A stretch of 64,000 bases of DNA from Podarcis pityusensis (lineage: Eukaryota). The DNA lies in assembly GCA_964106645.2 (NCBI GenBank), contig OZ067051.1; one strand, written 5' to 3'. Under the pieces are notes generated by a model. The model was not told the DNA's origin, did not search any database, and saw only the letters and a list, made by a program, of their open reading frames with translations. Shown piece by piece: positions 38,756-53,062 of the stretch. The translations under genes were made by a program, and so were the position numbers. Within the stretch, counting starts at the first letter, position 1. Every line of letters begins with the position of its first letter.

Positions 38756-41700
38756 CTGAGTAAGCCTCAGGAAGAACTGCATTATCGCTGTATGGAATGA
38801 CATTTTTGCACAACGGAACAACAAAAGTGGGACAATCCCCACTTCTCCCCCACCTGAAACATTTGTATAAAAAGTTACAGGATTTCAGTATTAATTTCTG
38901 GGGCATGCATCGGTTGGAAACTAAGCAGCATGTCTTCCCTGGAAACTTTTGCAGGTGCAAACAGTATTGATCGCATATAACTGCCCCAATACCATCACGT
39001 GCACAAATCATCCTGAATGCATAATGAGGAAGGAGTTTTGAGGGGACCCTAGTGAGTTCATAGCAGGTGTGAGATTTGGAGCAGGGAATTCCTGACCTCA
39101 GTCTCTTACCTGCTATGCCAAGCCAGCTCCAGAAAGTAAAGCTCAGAATTACAAAGAGGACCTTTCTTCTCCCCCCAAAACTGCTTGGCTAAGGCAGGCA
39201 ACCTGCTGGCAATCAATGTGAGCTGGATGTTATGGGAGCTGTGGCCAAGGAGGAAGATAAATCCGCTTGTCCTGGCTAAAATACATTTGGAGCACCGGAG
39301 GATTCTTTCAAGAACAGCATAATCCGCTGAGCACAAATTTCCATGCCTGCATGCAGCACCTGGAGTCACCAGGAGCAGCATGCATTGCCAAAGGCACTGG
39401 AATAAAACTGTGCAGAGCTTAACAAGCCTCAGTATGAAAACAGCCTTTGTTTCCCCCTCTTTTGTAGAGGAATTTACATTTCACGTCCTTGGCTCTAGAG
39501 AGAATCATTATGTATTTTCTGTACATGGGGAGCTGAGCATTCGCACTAGTCAATCAATCAATCTGGAGTATGTTGAGAGGGAGAAGCCGTAGGTTCTTGC
39601 GGTAACAGGGATGGGAGAGGATGAGGAGTGGGGACCTGAATACAAAATGACTGGGAAATGATATTTGTTCATTAAGGACGCCATGCCATGCTCAACTTAT
39701 CTTGCTGGTATTCAAATTAGCACCAGGGCCGTGTCAAAAAACCTGTCCTGCAATTTCTCAAAGGGTTTCCTCTTCTGCGAAAGAGGCTTCCATTTTTCTG
39801 CCTCGTTCTCAGGGCAGTCAAGGATTCCTTTAGAATTTCAGTGGGTGGGCGTTTAGACTAAGTTTCTCATTATATGGCTGCCAAGGGTGGTGTTAATCTG
39901 GTGATCCAACCAACATCAGTGTCAAATCTTTGCCAATACATTGACAATTAGGTAAATAATTCAAAGATTAGAAATTGGATATGAAGGGCATAGGTACTAA
40001 TAAGTAGCATAGACAAAACAGCCCAATCAAAGTAAATAACATAACTGCTAACTCCCTCCAGGCCACTGCTAATCCAGTGATCCAAACAATATTAGTGCAC
40101 ACCACGCCAAATCCTGGCCTTCTTACTACTGGATATCATTCATTGGCCTGATTCGGCTTCCTGTGTTTAAATACTTTATTTTTAATCATAAGCCCTCTTG
40201 AAGACTTCATGGTTGAATTTCAGTAAGAACATAATAAGAACTTGCTGGATCAGGTCACTGACCCATCCAGTCTCATAATGGCCAACCAGATGCTTCTGGG
40301 AAACCCGCAAGTAGGATTGGAGCACAAGATCACTCTTCCCTCCTGTGGTTTTCCAGCAGTTGGTGTTCAGAAGTTCTACAGCCTCTGATTGTGGAGGGAG
40401 AGCATAGCAATTCTAGCTAGTAGTCATCAATATCTCTAACCTCCATGAATTTGTCCTATCCTCTCTGAAAGCCATCCAAGTTGGTGGTCATCACTGCCTC
40501 CTGTGGGAGGTTGTTTGAAGAACTTTCTTTTCTCTGTCTTGAATCCTCTAATGATCAACTTCACTGGATGCCCATGAGTTCTAGTTTTATGAGAGAGAGA
40601 GGAAAAGATTTCCCCATCTACTTTCAAGGCTCACCAGGTTCTGGGAGAAGGGGGGAGTCTGAAATGCTTTCTAAAGACACTGTGTCCATCAGCTGTCACC
40701 CCCTGTTGCTTCCTCTTCCTCCTCTTCCTTTCCCATTATCTCCCAACTTTCCCCCTCATCTGCCTCTGAGCGGTGACCTCCCTCAAACCCCTGTTGTAAT
40801 TCTAAACTGCCTTCCTCTTCTCTGGAAGGGTCAGGCTGGGGAGGCAGTCTCCACCATTCCTCCTCTGCCCAGTCCCTGACAGTACATGAGTATTTTTATA
40901 CAGTTATATGCATTATTGCTTGTATCTGTTTACATGTGAGTTACTTTAGGAAACCGTATCCACATATAATATTATATGCAAAATAATCCACATGGTAATC
41001 CATATAGTATACCAGAATTCTTCATATTTTTCATGGAACCTGTAACATAATAGCTTGTTTCTCATTGAGCTTAAGAAGCAAGACAGCAATGTGTGTGGCG
41101 GCGAGAGAATCTGTGCAGATAAGCTCGGCATCACAAAATGCCATCCCCATTCCCCAAAGTGTGCCGGTGCCTCCATCATGCACATGGATGCTACTGTTTT
41201 GTATAGATGAGGACCAGCAGTGGGAGAACTGAGTTTGCTATTCATATCAAGGAATGTATCCATATTTGTTATTCCAGTGGGGGATAATTTTCTGTAAGCA
41301 CTATTTAATCATATTTGCCCTCCTTTCCCCAATTATATATTTGTGTGTGTGTGTGTGTGTGCATACACACACACACACACGGCATTTCTTGGATTTGTCA
41401 GACTTTCCTCAGATAGTCTCTCTGCTCCAGCACACTCTTTATCACCCACTGCTTAGCATACAGTTTTTGCAGCTGCTAACGTGACCATAATACATATTTC
41501 TTTGATAGTTACATCTTGAGTGAAATCAAGCAAAATTCCTTTAATGTATTTCCTTAGGCTATGAGCTGTAACTCCATAAATAAGAACAGAAGGAGAGTCC
41601 TGCTGGATCAGACCAATGGTCCATCTAGTACAGCCATTATTAATAAAAGAGTAGTAGCTGCTGATAGGTTTATTCTCTGTGAATTTATCTAATCCCTTTC

Positions 41701-42600
41701 TAAAGCTATCCAGGCTGCTGACCATGACTAGATCCAGTAGCAGGAGGAGGATGGTGATACGTGAAGGTACCATCAAATACTTGAGGGCTCTGAATCCCTC
41801 ATATCTCTCACACAAGGCAGCTGAGGAATGGAAGAGAAAGAAGTTTGAGTACACTGAAAATGGAGGAACACTGAAAGGCAAAAAGTGGCTGGTTTAAACA
41901 ATAGCAGAGGTTGGTGCTAAGTGGGTTTGGAGGGGAGAGTGGGAAGGACAAGGAAGTGGTGAGGTTGGCATCTTGCTAACGCACCAGCAGAAGCACCAGA
42001 TTGGCTCTTCCAGTGTGTCTATGGCATGCTGACACCTCGCTTGTCCGCATGCATCACCTTGCTTGTCCACCTCTCCCTCCCAGGAAGTAGCAGTGAGGTC
42101 AGGTGAGAGGGAGAACTAAATTTCCCTATCCAATTTCTCCACATAATTTTCTATGCTTTTCTATTAGATCAGTAACCACATCAGAATATCTTGAGACTTT
42201 AGAAAGCCCCCAGGATGGATGTTGATACAGCATTAACTACAGTGCTCTCAATCCTCATTCTAGATTTGCTTCTTGACTCACTTCAAGGCATCGAGGTTGA
42301 GCTCCTAGTTTGATGAAAACAGGCTTCACAAGCATGAAAGCAGCACAAATTCAAAATAATATTGATTTGCTTTTGAACAAGAATGTCAAGGTCTCCTGAG
42401 GACACATCTGGGTCCTGTAAACTAGGAGAGTTCTTAGCCTTTTAATTTGCTTGGCATTACTAATCCCGAAACTCCAAACCTGCCAAGTCCCAAGGCAAGT
42501 CTGAGGGAAGGACTCAAATGATTTCAACATGAGATGAACGTAGGGGAAGTACACAGTAAGAAAAGGAAGGTGTGAGGCAGATTTGCTCAAGGAAGACATA

Positions 42601-43224
42601 GGCCACATTCACACCATACATTTAAAGAAGTTTGATACCACTTTAAAAGGTCTTGGCATCCCCCAAAGAATTATGAAAGCTGTAGTTTGCTAAAGGTGTT
42701 GAAAATTGTTGTTGTTGTTTAGTCATTTAGTCGTGTCCGACTCTTCGTGACCCCATGGACCAGAGCACGCCAGGCACTCCTGTCTTCCACTGCCTCTCCC
42801 AGTTTGGTCAAATTCATGTTAGTAGCTTCAAGAACACTATCCAACCATCTCATCCTTTGTCGTCCCCTTCTCCTAGTGCCCTCCATCTTTCCCAGCATCA
42901 GGGTCTTTTCCAGGGAGTCTTCTCTTCTCATGAGGTGGCCAAAGTATTGTAGCCTCAGCTTCAGGATCTGTCCTTCCAGTGAGCACTCAGGGCTGATTTC
43001 CTTAAGAATGGATAGGTTTGATCTTCTTGCAGTCCATGGGACTCTCAAGAGTCTCCTCCAGCACATAATTCAAAAGTATCAATTCTTCGACGAATAGCCT
43101 TCTTTATGGTCCAAGAAGGATTGATTGCCAAACCAATCTGAGAATTGTAGTTCTGTGAAGGGAAGAGGGCTGTCCTTTGGGGGAAACAGCAATAGTGCTT
43201 TAAATGTATTGTATGGATGTGGCC
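42601..43224. mobile_element. Palindromic non-autonomous DNA element interrupted by BovB
   Basis: Inverted termini GGCCACATTCACACCATACATTTAAA and TTTAAATGTATTGTATGGATGTGGCC. Related copies at about 45820-46070, 53860-54030 and 58880-59127. Confidence 0.7.
42706..43115 (-). mobile_element. 5'-truncated RTE-BovB LINE 3' end
   Basis: ORF 42719-43066 (CWRRLLRVPWTARRSNLSILKEISPECSLEGQILKLRLQYFGH...) with an (AAC)n tail. Nearly identical to the copy at 10.8-11.4 kb. Confidence 0.93.
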
Positions 43225-45154
43225 ACAATGCAACTGAAAGATTTTGTTTGTCTTTCCTAGAGATGCACATTTTGAATTGCTCCAACTCTTGATGCCAAGG
43301 CCCAGAATTGTAATTGGGAGGGAACCCCCCCCCTTTTATTTTTTAAAATGTATGGTTCATTTAGCAATCTGCTTGGTTTATGACCCATAATTCTGAAATC
43401 AACTTGAATTTAGCAGTGCTAATTTGCAAGAGGGGACCCTGTCCTTCCCTCCACCTCCTTCCTCTCTGCTCTGTTAGGTTTGTTTTTATCCTATGGTTTT
43501 GAGCAATCCTAATGAGCCATTAAGAAGCTGCCAATTACCTATGCAAATGAAGAGATGCAGGGGTTGTTGCTCGAAGTGAAAGTCTGCTACCTCAAAAGAG
43601 CCTGAGATAAATCACTTCGGCTCAGCAAGACACCTACACCTAAGAGCCCTTTCTCACATGTGCTGTTTAGAAATGCTGACAATAACATAGAGGGTGGTTT
43701 ATATATTCTTAGTACAATTTTGCGGGGCGAGGAGAGGGAATGCGTGGGAAACTTCTGGCCCAATTTTCAGTGATGGCTGGTGCCCATTGTGAGTGGTAGA
43801 GCAGAAGGCAGGGAGCTGCAAAAGTAGCTGGAGCCAGCACCAATAACATGGGGAGACAAATTATTCTTGCTTTATCTCCATCCTCCTCCCTTATAGGTTC
43901 TGCAACACTAAGACTAAGGAAGAGGAGGAAGCTGACAGCCAAAGCCACACCCTTGACTGGGCATAAATAAGAAGGCAGGTAGGTGGGGTCTGGCTGAGAT
44001 CAGAGTGAGGTTGGTGAGGCAGAGGTCCTTTTGCCCAAACAGATTGGCGTCCATTGCTAACTTGAACACCTGCTGAGGTGGCTCAGTATAAACAGCCAAT
44101 GAGCTAATACCTAAGTGAAATGCTGACAATAGTTTCTCTTCCAAAGTGTCTGACCGCAACATTCACAGTTCAACAGATGTGCCTGAAACAAAGTCTGAAA
44201 GAAATAATAGAAGTTGTTCTACAGAGAACTAAATTTGTCATAACACAGCATCACCAGACTGCTGAGAGGAAAGACAATAGCAGTCTGGGACCCTGCAACA
44301 CTTGGAAGCCGTTCTCCTTGGAATGGCATAAAGCAATATCACTGTCTTCCCTTGCTCTAAGGAGCCACCAGTGCCTTTGTGACAACAACAGCCATTTCAC
44401 CATTTCCCTTCTTCATCTCATTCCCAATTCATATCTCAGACTTGAGGATGGGAGATGATGATTGCTGTGCTTAAGAGGCCTGCAAGTGTCAATAACAATA
44501 GTGAGCAGTATCTTTCTCTATAGAATAAAAATGTAAGAATGACATCGTACACACCCTGCTGGAAGATCAGTAGTGCCGCATCACAAACCTGGATTTACAA
44601 TTTAGTTGGGGCAGGGCAGAAAAATAGAAGGCAGGTTGCACAACAGCAGTGGCCGTGGCATAGGAGTGAGAAGGGAGAGACACTGAGAGGGGGAAAGTGG
44701 CAGAAGAATATATAGATATGTATGACATTTTGATAGTTTCTGTATAACATTTGCTGTTCTTTGGAATTCACAAAATGCAAATTCCAACATCTTTATACAG
44801 ATGGTGTTGTTCGTTCATCACAAGCCATGGCCTCCAAGATTGTCAATGGCCTTTCTCTCAGTTTGGCCGCTTCAAATATCCGACCAGATCTGCTTCTAAA
44901 TAAGAGTATACATGAATTAAACAACCCTCCTCCCTTTTTAAAAAGTCCTCTGGATGCCACATAATCAGTTCTGCTGCTGCCTTGGCATTAATCATAATAA
45001 TATTCAAAATTCATTAGACTTGATTGTTTTGAAATCTATTTTCTATTAATATCAGATTCACAAAGAATGGATTTGGCAGCTGAGTGAAAGACAAAAGCAA
45101 GCATTAGCCCTGAAACCCGCCTGGTCCCTTAATTGTTTTCTCTCCCCACGCCCC

Positions 45155-45155
<1 letters not shown>

Positions 45156-45195
<40 letters not shown>
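45156..45195. repeat. (CA)n microsatellite
   Basis: About 20 units. Confidence 0.97.
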
Positions 45196-45200
<5 letters not shown>

Positions 45201-48111
45201 CTGGTGATGAGTCCTGAGGGTTGCACCACACTGACATCTATTGGGCCGTATGATAGAACACTGAACTAGCAATTGGATGGTCACAAGACACAAGAAAAAC
45301 ATGAGAATAAGAGCATCTTTGCTGGATCTGATCATGGTTGATCTGATCAGGTATCCTTCTTCCAGCAGCAACCAGCCTAGATGTCTCTGGAAACTGAGAA
45401 GCAGACCATGAAGCTGATAGATGACCTTTGGGGTTTCCCCCTGCCTCTGGTCTTCAGGTCCATGGCTGTTCCATTCAGCTATTGGTCCATTTAAAGAAGT
45501 GACTTGTGACTCCAAGATCCAGGAAGATTCATTGCACCCATCTCCTGGATTGAAGAGGCAAGGCTCAAATCAATGGATTTCAATGAGGAACAATTTTATT
45601 GCAGGGCTATGCTCTGGATTCAGCTGAAGCCTAAATCCCAAATGAAATTAGGCCTATTTGGAGGGGTCTGGGCTTTGTTTGAGTCAGGCTGAGACAGCTC
45701 CAGATCATTACAGGATGGGTTGTGTGTTCCGGAGCAATCTGGGGGGTCAGGGCACAGGGCATCAGGCAGTATGGAGAGGGAGGTGTGGATGGAATTTGGG
45801 TATTTAGATTAAGATAATTATACCACTCCCCACCATCTGACTCTTAAAAGAGTCCAAGCGAGATTGCATTCCAGAGTGGCTTAACTGCAAATCCCTCTTC
45901 ACATAAAACTCTGAGAACTGTAGTTCTGTGAGGGAAATCGTAGCTCTGTGGATGTCCAAACAACTCTCAGCACCCATAACAATCTAAAACTCCCAGAATT
46001 ATTTGTGGAAAGTCATGGCTGTTTAAAGTGGGATCCTAAGTGCTTTAAATGTATGACATGAATGTGGCCTGTTGCACAATGGTCTGGGCACACAATAAAA
46101 TCTACTGTGAGCATTGTCAAGAACTTGCTGCATGCTGCTCTACAAACTTTGACAGTTCTCTCTCCTTCTCACTGTTCTGACAAGGTGAAAGTCCCTTTAT
46201 GATGGATAGATGGATGGTCCTCATTAAATCAATGCTGCCTCATCTAAACCTACCAGACTGGCATTTAGTCAATCTCTTGTGAACCAACATGGAATGGTTC
46301 CACAATTGTGCATTTCCAAGGGCTTTGTCCAGTCAACTTCAATATTCTGAGCAACAACACTTTTACCACTTCCCTTGAGATCAGGAGTCTTTCATTCCTG
46401 TGTAACACACGGCAAGCAGGTTATCACTGCGGAAATGTCAAAGAAACACTGAGCGAGTTGAAACCAAACTGGTTTCTGACTCTTAAGATGAGAGAACGAG
46501 CTATTGGAATGAATCCACCCGAGAAATGGGGGCAAGTAAAAAGCACTCACCTGGGCAGTGTTCTGTATGAAACATAGGGAGTTGCCTTATACTGAATCAG
46601 ATCATTAGTCCATCTGGCTTAGTATTGTCTACACTGATTGGCAGCAGCTCTCCAGGATTTCAGACATGTTTCTCCCAGCCCTGAATCAGGCCATTGACCA
46701 AACCACCTCAGTCTTGTCTATATTAGGGCCATGGGTGGTCTTCAGCCTATTTTGGCATGGATCTGGGAAGATGCCTCCCTTACAGCTTGCTGCTGATAGC
46801 TGGATTGGTATGTGCTGGCTGGTTGGCTGGTTGGTGTCGAAATCCCATTATAGCAATCTAGCAGTTTTCATGCAATGAGGTGCAACTTTCCTGTTTTGCC
46901 TTAGGACAGAACTCAACAATGAGCTAGTAGCCTGTATTAAAACACTGAGTGAGCTGTCTGCTAATGCTAATTGCCTGTAATGGGGGGTCACTTTGGAGAA
47001 ACCAAAGAAGATGTATAAGGGGGGGGGGAGAAAAGATAAATGTCAATAGATGTTTGAGTCATAAAGGGCCATTAGGGTGAGAAAGAGCCAAGAAAGCATT
47101 TGTGAGCTCACCCTCCGATGTCCCCTGCGCCACAACTTCCTTCTCTTCCTAAAAGCAAATTGGAAGTCCTAAGCTGTCCAGCCCCCAAAGGAAGCATTTT
47201 GCTCAAACCATCCACCAGGTGGGATGCAACTGAAAGCTTTTGCCGTAAGACTTCATTAGCCCCCAGTCAGCTGGATGACTTAACCAGCTAAACTTTCCCA
47301 GATGTCTTTCTGTGGGCACTTTCCCCCTCCATTAGGGGTTAGCCACAAATGGAGGCTGGAAGGAGACAGGGAGGAGAAGAGAGACACTCATTTCATCTGC
47401 GCCTGGCAGGATGAGTGGTGCCATGGCAGTTATGAGCAGGATGCCACATAAAAGGGGAGTAATTTCAAGCCAAACAACATCCTTGTAAAGTCATAGATTC
47501 TGCTAAATGACTTGAGGTCAGAACCCCGCAGCCACAGCCTTATCTCCTTCCATTCCATTTGCCGACTTGGGTGAAGTTACTCCAGTCTGCAAAAGCCAAC
47601 CAAGTTTCTTTCAATTCCTTATCTAAACCAAGAATGATGTCTGAGCTATATTAAATCAAGGCCACTTTAGGGGGCGTGTGAAAATTCTTCTTTTATTTTC
47701 GGAGGCTAGCTTCACTTTCCTGCAATGCCAAGTATGGGCTGCTTTATCTGCAAAAGCAGATATGCTGTTTTTTTGCAAGGCAAATCAAGAGGCGCTGTGT
47801 TATCACATTCACATTATTGACCCAACTACACATCCTGTTCTCTATTCTCTAAACAGCAACATGCAGATTTGAAGCACCATTGTGGATCACATGCCTGGTT
47901 AATTGCCCAGAACTTGAATGCAGATCTCCAGAGCTCTCTGACCCTTGGAACTCTCACCAAGGAACCATCTCCTACTGACCCTGCCTTGCACTCTCAAGTA
48001 TTTTTGCCTGGCTGGAATATGCCCTTGAACTTTGCTAATGCCTCTTGCTTATCTGGATGAAGGATACAGAGGGGCACAGGCGTGTGTAGAAACTCACCTA
48101 CAGTACAAAGG

Positions 48112-49044
48112 TGTCAGGGACTGGCTGGATGAGGAAGAGTGGTGGAAGCTGCCCAAGAACCCCCCCAGGGAAGGCATAGAAGAAGATGACTTAGATCCTG
48201 GTGGTGGTGGGATACTGGCCACACCTCAGAGGAGGAGACAAACAGGGAGGTACTAGAAGCAGGAAACTTGAGAAATCATGAAGGGGCAGAAGCAGGCAGG
48301 TAGTCCAGCACAGGGCAGAGAGATGATGTTTCTAGTTTGAATGCAGGCTCCAACAGAGACAACGGAAGGGAGTCAGACTCTGCATCTCTCCAGCAGCTCC
48401 AGCAGGACAGCCTCTCTGCCGAAGCTCTCCAGCCCCACTTACTCCGAGAATGCGAAAGATGTTACATGCAGGGGCATAGGTAGGGGAGTGGGGAGCAATC
48501 CGCCCCAGGTTCCATCACGTAGGGGGGTGACAAATTTTCAAGGAACAATTACTGCCCTACTAGGGTGGTTCATAAAAAAACTTTTTTTAAAAATGCCTGC
48601 TCCAAAGGTCTTATCTTACTACACTAGGGATTATATAGCTATATATGAAATTTCATGCATATCAGTTAATAGCTTGACCCTCCTCTACAAAAATAGCTGT
48701 TTACTTGGCCATTTTCCTATGTCGTGAAGGCTGAAATTTCAGTTCAGTGGAGCACTTACTGTTCCCAACCCTAACCCTGCGGAAAGCCATCTAATTAGAC
48801 TTTAATTTGATTTTGACATGTTTTTAGGAGGTAATTTAATTACTGTTTGATTTTATACCAATGTTATGTTTCTGATGTTAGCTGCCCTGAGCCCGACTTC
48901 GGCTGTGGAGGGTAGGAGGGAGTAAAAGTTTATTATTAAACTTCCTTGTATTTTTCCCTTTCCTTAATAAACTAACTGCATTTTAGCCTCACATCTCCTT
49001 CTCTGACCTGTGAATGTCCTGATCTTCCTGTCAGCCCCTTGACA
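48112..49044. mobile_element. Solo LTR (TGTCA...TGACA) with nested insertion
   Basis: TG...CA termini and perfect 5-bp TSD AAAGG (48107-48111, 49045-49049). A foreign segment at about 48470-48935 ends in an L2-like tail. Confidence 0.8.
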
Positions 49045-50405
49045 AAAGGTGACATTTGCTTCCAATGTTCCATTCCTTCCCTCTTGCCTCTGGCTCTGGC
49101 CACCTCCTGGAAGATTGCTCATAAGGGACTGTGGCCCTCAGCTTGAAAAGGGTTCCCCACCTCCGTGCCATGCTGCAATTTGTGGCTCTCACCATCTGAT
49201 CTTTACGTTATCTCTCACCTCTCTCTTTTTCTCTCCTCTCTCCTCACACTTTCACCCACATTTACTATGGGAAATGAAAGGCATTTTAAAACAAACAAAT
49301 ATATGTGCACGCTTCTGCCTCTCTACCAACATGGCACCAGGTAGTAATGCAAGATTTCAAAAGCCTGTCGGAGGTGAACGCGTTGCGGAACTCTAATTAT
49401 ATGGTAGCCTGTGACCTTGTAAGTAGAGGGTAATCTGGCATATACTTGCAAGGGAAATGATCTTGGTATTTCTGCCCGCACCACTGCAGCCTCCTCCAGA
49501 AACCGAAACACAAGCCATGAACATGGCAATTAATCTCTTAACCTGCTTGACACTTCCTGACTCTGGCATTTAATAACCTTTGAGGGGCACAGCGTATCTG
49601 CAGACAGGCTCCGCTGCAATCATGACTAAACCAAGAAACACAGATGATGGGCTGAAGCAGCCTTGTACAGGCTTGAGGGGAGAGGGGGTAGAAAAGAAAA
49701 CAACAAAAATGTCCCTTTCCTTAAGAGCTGGGGTGAGGAACCTCCCACCTGTGGGTTTAATCAGCCCAGTCAGTAGACCTCACTCGGTCCACAAGGCTTT
49801 ATCCCCATAAGCTATGCCCACCTGCCCCACACCTGATGTTCTGTGTGATGTCAGCTGTGGTGCAGTAAAGATGCAACTGAAAAGGAACAGGAGTGTAGAG
49901 TCAGCTCTTGGCTGTTTCTTGGCAAGATAGGCTTTGTGTCAACACTGATCAGCTGATTGACACTGATCATGAGTCCCTTTCAAGGTGCTACCTGACATCA
50001 TAATGATGGAATGGGACTTTTGCTTTTCAACATTTCTTCCATACAAATGCCAAAAGGTTCTATATGTCTCTTCATTCAAGCAGACAAGAAGCATTATCAC
50101 ATTATAGCTAGGTTAGATGGATAAATAGCAGCTTCTAGACAGCAGATTCCTGCGCTACCACCTGAACTGAACACATCCCTTATAGCTTGCCCTGGAATGT
50201 TCCTTGAAAGATTTGGAGGGAGCTAAAAAATTCCAGAACAGAGTGCTTCAGAGGCACATAGAGTCCAAAGTTACATGTGGAAAGAGTAGTTAAAGCCATG
50301 GTAGGTATCACTGCTCACCTGACTTCCAGTCGGCTCCATCACTGGTGCTTACTGGGAGATGGGAGGGGTCAAGACAATGAGGAAGTTGGAGTAGGGCAAA
50401 CACGT

Positions 50406-51425
50406 TGTCAGGGACTGGCTGGATGAGGAACAGTGGTGGAAGCCACCTGCCCAAGAACCACCCAGGGTGGACATAGAAGATGACGACTTAGATCTTGGAT
50501 CATGGTAGTGGGACATGGAAGAGCAGTCTGGAGAAGGGACGAGCTGGGAGATGCTAGAAGCAGAGGGGTTGAGCGATCAAGTGGGGTCAGGAGAAGGCGG
50601 GTCTTCCTGGACAGGGTTAGAGGCTGAGATTCACAGCGTGAGCACAGACTCAGATAGATAGGAGTCAGAGTTTGGCCCTGTTAAACAGCAGCAAGACAGT
50701 CCCAGTCCTGCAGGCTCGCCTCCCCATCTGACACCTTGCCCTAGGAGAGTCCTGCACAATGCTGAGCAATGGCCAGACAGGCCCAGAGGAGGAGCCTACC
50801 CTCTCGATGCAGCCTTCGTTTGCTTGGGAGGGCTCGGGAGCCCTAAATGGCCTCGGTCCTGTATACCTGAAGGAGTGTCTCCACTCCCATCGTTCAGCCC
50901 GGACACTGAGATCCAGCGCCGAGGGCCTTCTGGCAGTTTCCTCACTGCGAGAACTGAGGCTACAGGGAGCCAGACAGAGGGCCTTCTCGGTAGTGGCGCC
51001 CGTCCTGTGGAACGCCCTCCCATCAGATGTCAAAGAGATAAACAACTACCTGACATTCAGAAGACATCTTAAGGCAGCCCTGTTCAGGGAAGTTTTTAAT
51101 ATGTAACGCTGTATTGTTTTTAACACTTGATTGGGAGCAGCCCAGAGTGGCTGGGGAAACTCAGCCAGATGGGCAGGGTATAAATAAATTATTATTATTA
51201 TTATTATTATTATTGTTGTTGTTGTTGTTGTTGTTGTTATCCAGAGTGAGAGACTAGAGGGGGAAAGGTGGGGCTAGTGGTCCGTTTCAGCAACATCTCA
51301 GCTGGATTAAGACAAACCAGAGGACTCCACATTGTTGTTATTTTATGTTAACAAAAAGCTAATTGCATTCCATGCCTCCCATGTGCCCTGTGATCTACCT
51401 GGGCTCACTTGACAGCTTCTTGACA
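50406..51425. mobile_element. Second solo LTR of the same family, with nested L2 fragment
   Basis: Shares the start TGTCAGGGACTGGCTGGATGAGGAA with the 48112 copy and ends CTTGACA. TSD degraded (CACGT / CACCA). Confidence 0.7.
50838..51240 (+). mobile_element. L2-clade LINE 3' end
   Basis: Encodes GLGPVYLKECL...RAFSVVAPVLWNALP...FRRHLKAALFREVF (L2 ORF2 C-terminus), followed by a short 3' UTR and a (TTA)n/(TTG)n tail. Confidence 0.88.
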
Positions 51426-52763
51426 CACCAGGAGCACCAGATTAGCTTTGCTGGTGTGTTTGCACCATGCTGACCTCATCACTGCCTTGCTCTTCCCGCT
51501 CTACCTCCTGGTAAGCAGCAGTAATGCGAGCAACTGGAGATCAGATGAGAGGTGTCACCTCATCATGCAGTCTCACAGGCCTCTCTATCTGGCCCCTGGG
51601 AATTTTTCCAGGCCACACAACTACACACAGCACAGTACAAACAGGATGTGTGTTCCAGTAACTGCAGCTAAGGAAAGGGAAGAACTCTTTACTGTAGTTC
51701 CTGCTCCCAGATATTGATTAACCAGACACTTACAATCTGGCCCTGATCTTGATCCTTTCTAATATAGCCATATTTTTTGATTAAAAAAGCCAATTTATGA
51801 ATTCCTAATTACTACTCTAATCACCTCCACTAGCTTTTCTCCAAGGATCTCAGGGTGATGGGGAGAGATTCCAACCCCACCACCTTTTTCTCGTTACCAC
51901 AAACCTATGAAGATTATATGTCAACTTCATGGGTGAGCAAGAATTTGAACCCAGGTCCACCCCCCAACCCTACACTGGCTCTCATGCCAGCAATTGCCTC
52001 CTGCACGGGTCAAGCATTTCTACCCTTTCGTTATTTGGATGATCCGTATATTTTCATGCACATTAAGTCCACTCATGTTGCTCCCTCTGGAGCAGTTATA
52101 GCTTATAAAGCAATCACCGCAATGATTTTCAGATTATAGTCCAATAAAATCTGATAATTTGTTACAAAGCATTCAGGCGGGTATTATATGGCTCTTCTGA
52201 CATTTAAAAATAACGCTTCATAGTCCATTTTTCAAGGCTGGGTGCTGTCATAGGATGGCAGGATTCACTACTCCAGAATGCAAACAGGCACTTACTCGAG
52301 AACTGCATCTCATTTTTATATGTATGAGTGCCAAGTTAACAGGCCAAATGTCTACCATGTCTCATTTGAAAAATAAAATAAAAATCCAGTTTTTAACTCA
52401 GCTCAATGTACATTCACCACCACGACTATAACACCCCAGTTACCTCTATACCAGCTTGAGCCAAATTTATAATAATTTGCTTGCACCAGGGTCCATGGCT
52501 GCAAGGGGGCCTAGACTCTGATTTTTTTTCTCTTTTTTTAGTAAAAAGTCTCCTGTTACAAAAATTATAAACGAAACAGGCAGGCAGATGAGCCAGCCTT
52601 ATTGTCCCTGCCTTGCAGTGTTTGTGCTAAGCCACTGTGAGCAAAGTCAGGGCTATGACTGGCAGGTGAGCTGTTTCAACACCAGGGTCGAAATCCCAGA
52701 GTCCTAAAGAGCTTCTATTTTACTTGTAGTGCTTTTTCTATCACATGTTATTGTCTGTTGAAT

Positions 52764-53062
52764 CAGCGGCGAGCTTCATGCTCCGGCACCAGGGGGCGGA
52801 GAGCAGGTGGGGGCGGAGCTGGTGCACGTTCCAGGGGCATGGTGTGCCACCCACAGGGGTGTAGTGGGCATCCTGGAGGTGTGGTGCACCGCCCACAGGG
52901 GCGTGGCATGTTGTCTGGGGGCGTGGCATGTCTGGGGGCGTAGCACGCCACCTGCGGGGCTTGGTGCCCAGCGCAGGCGGGGGACAACCACGATGGCACC
53001 CCACCAGGATTGTGCTGCCAGGGGCAGTATGCTCCCCCCACAATCCTCTTCCTCCACCACTG
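52764..53062. mobile_element. GC/CpG-rich hAT-like MITE
   Basis: Termini CAGCGGCG / CACCACTG, TSD TGTTGAAT / TGTGGAAT (7/8), internal GGGGCGTGGCATG repeats. Confidence 0.75.

Noticed and set aside
40942-41040. AG/GT-bounded exon-like segment with a hydrophobic ORF on minus
   Set aside because: Stop after two codons in the NTRK3 phase and no homology. A poison exon cannot be supported from sequence alone.
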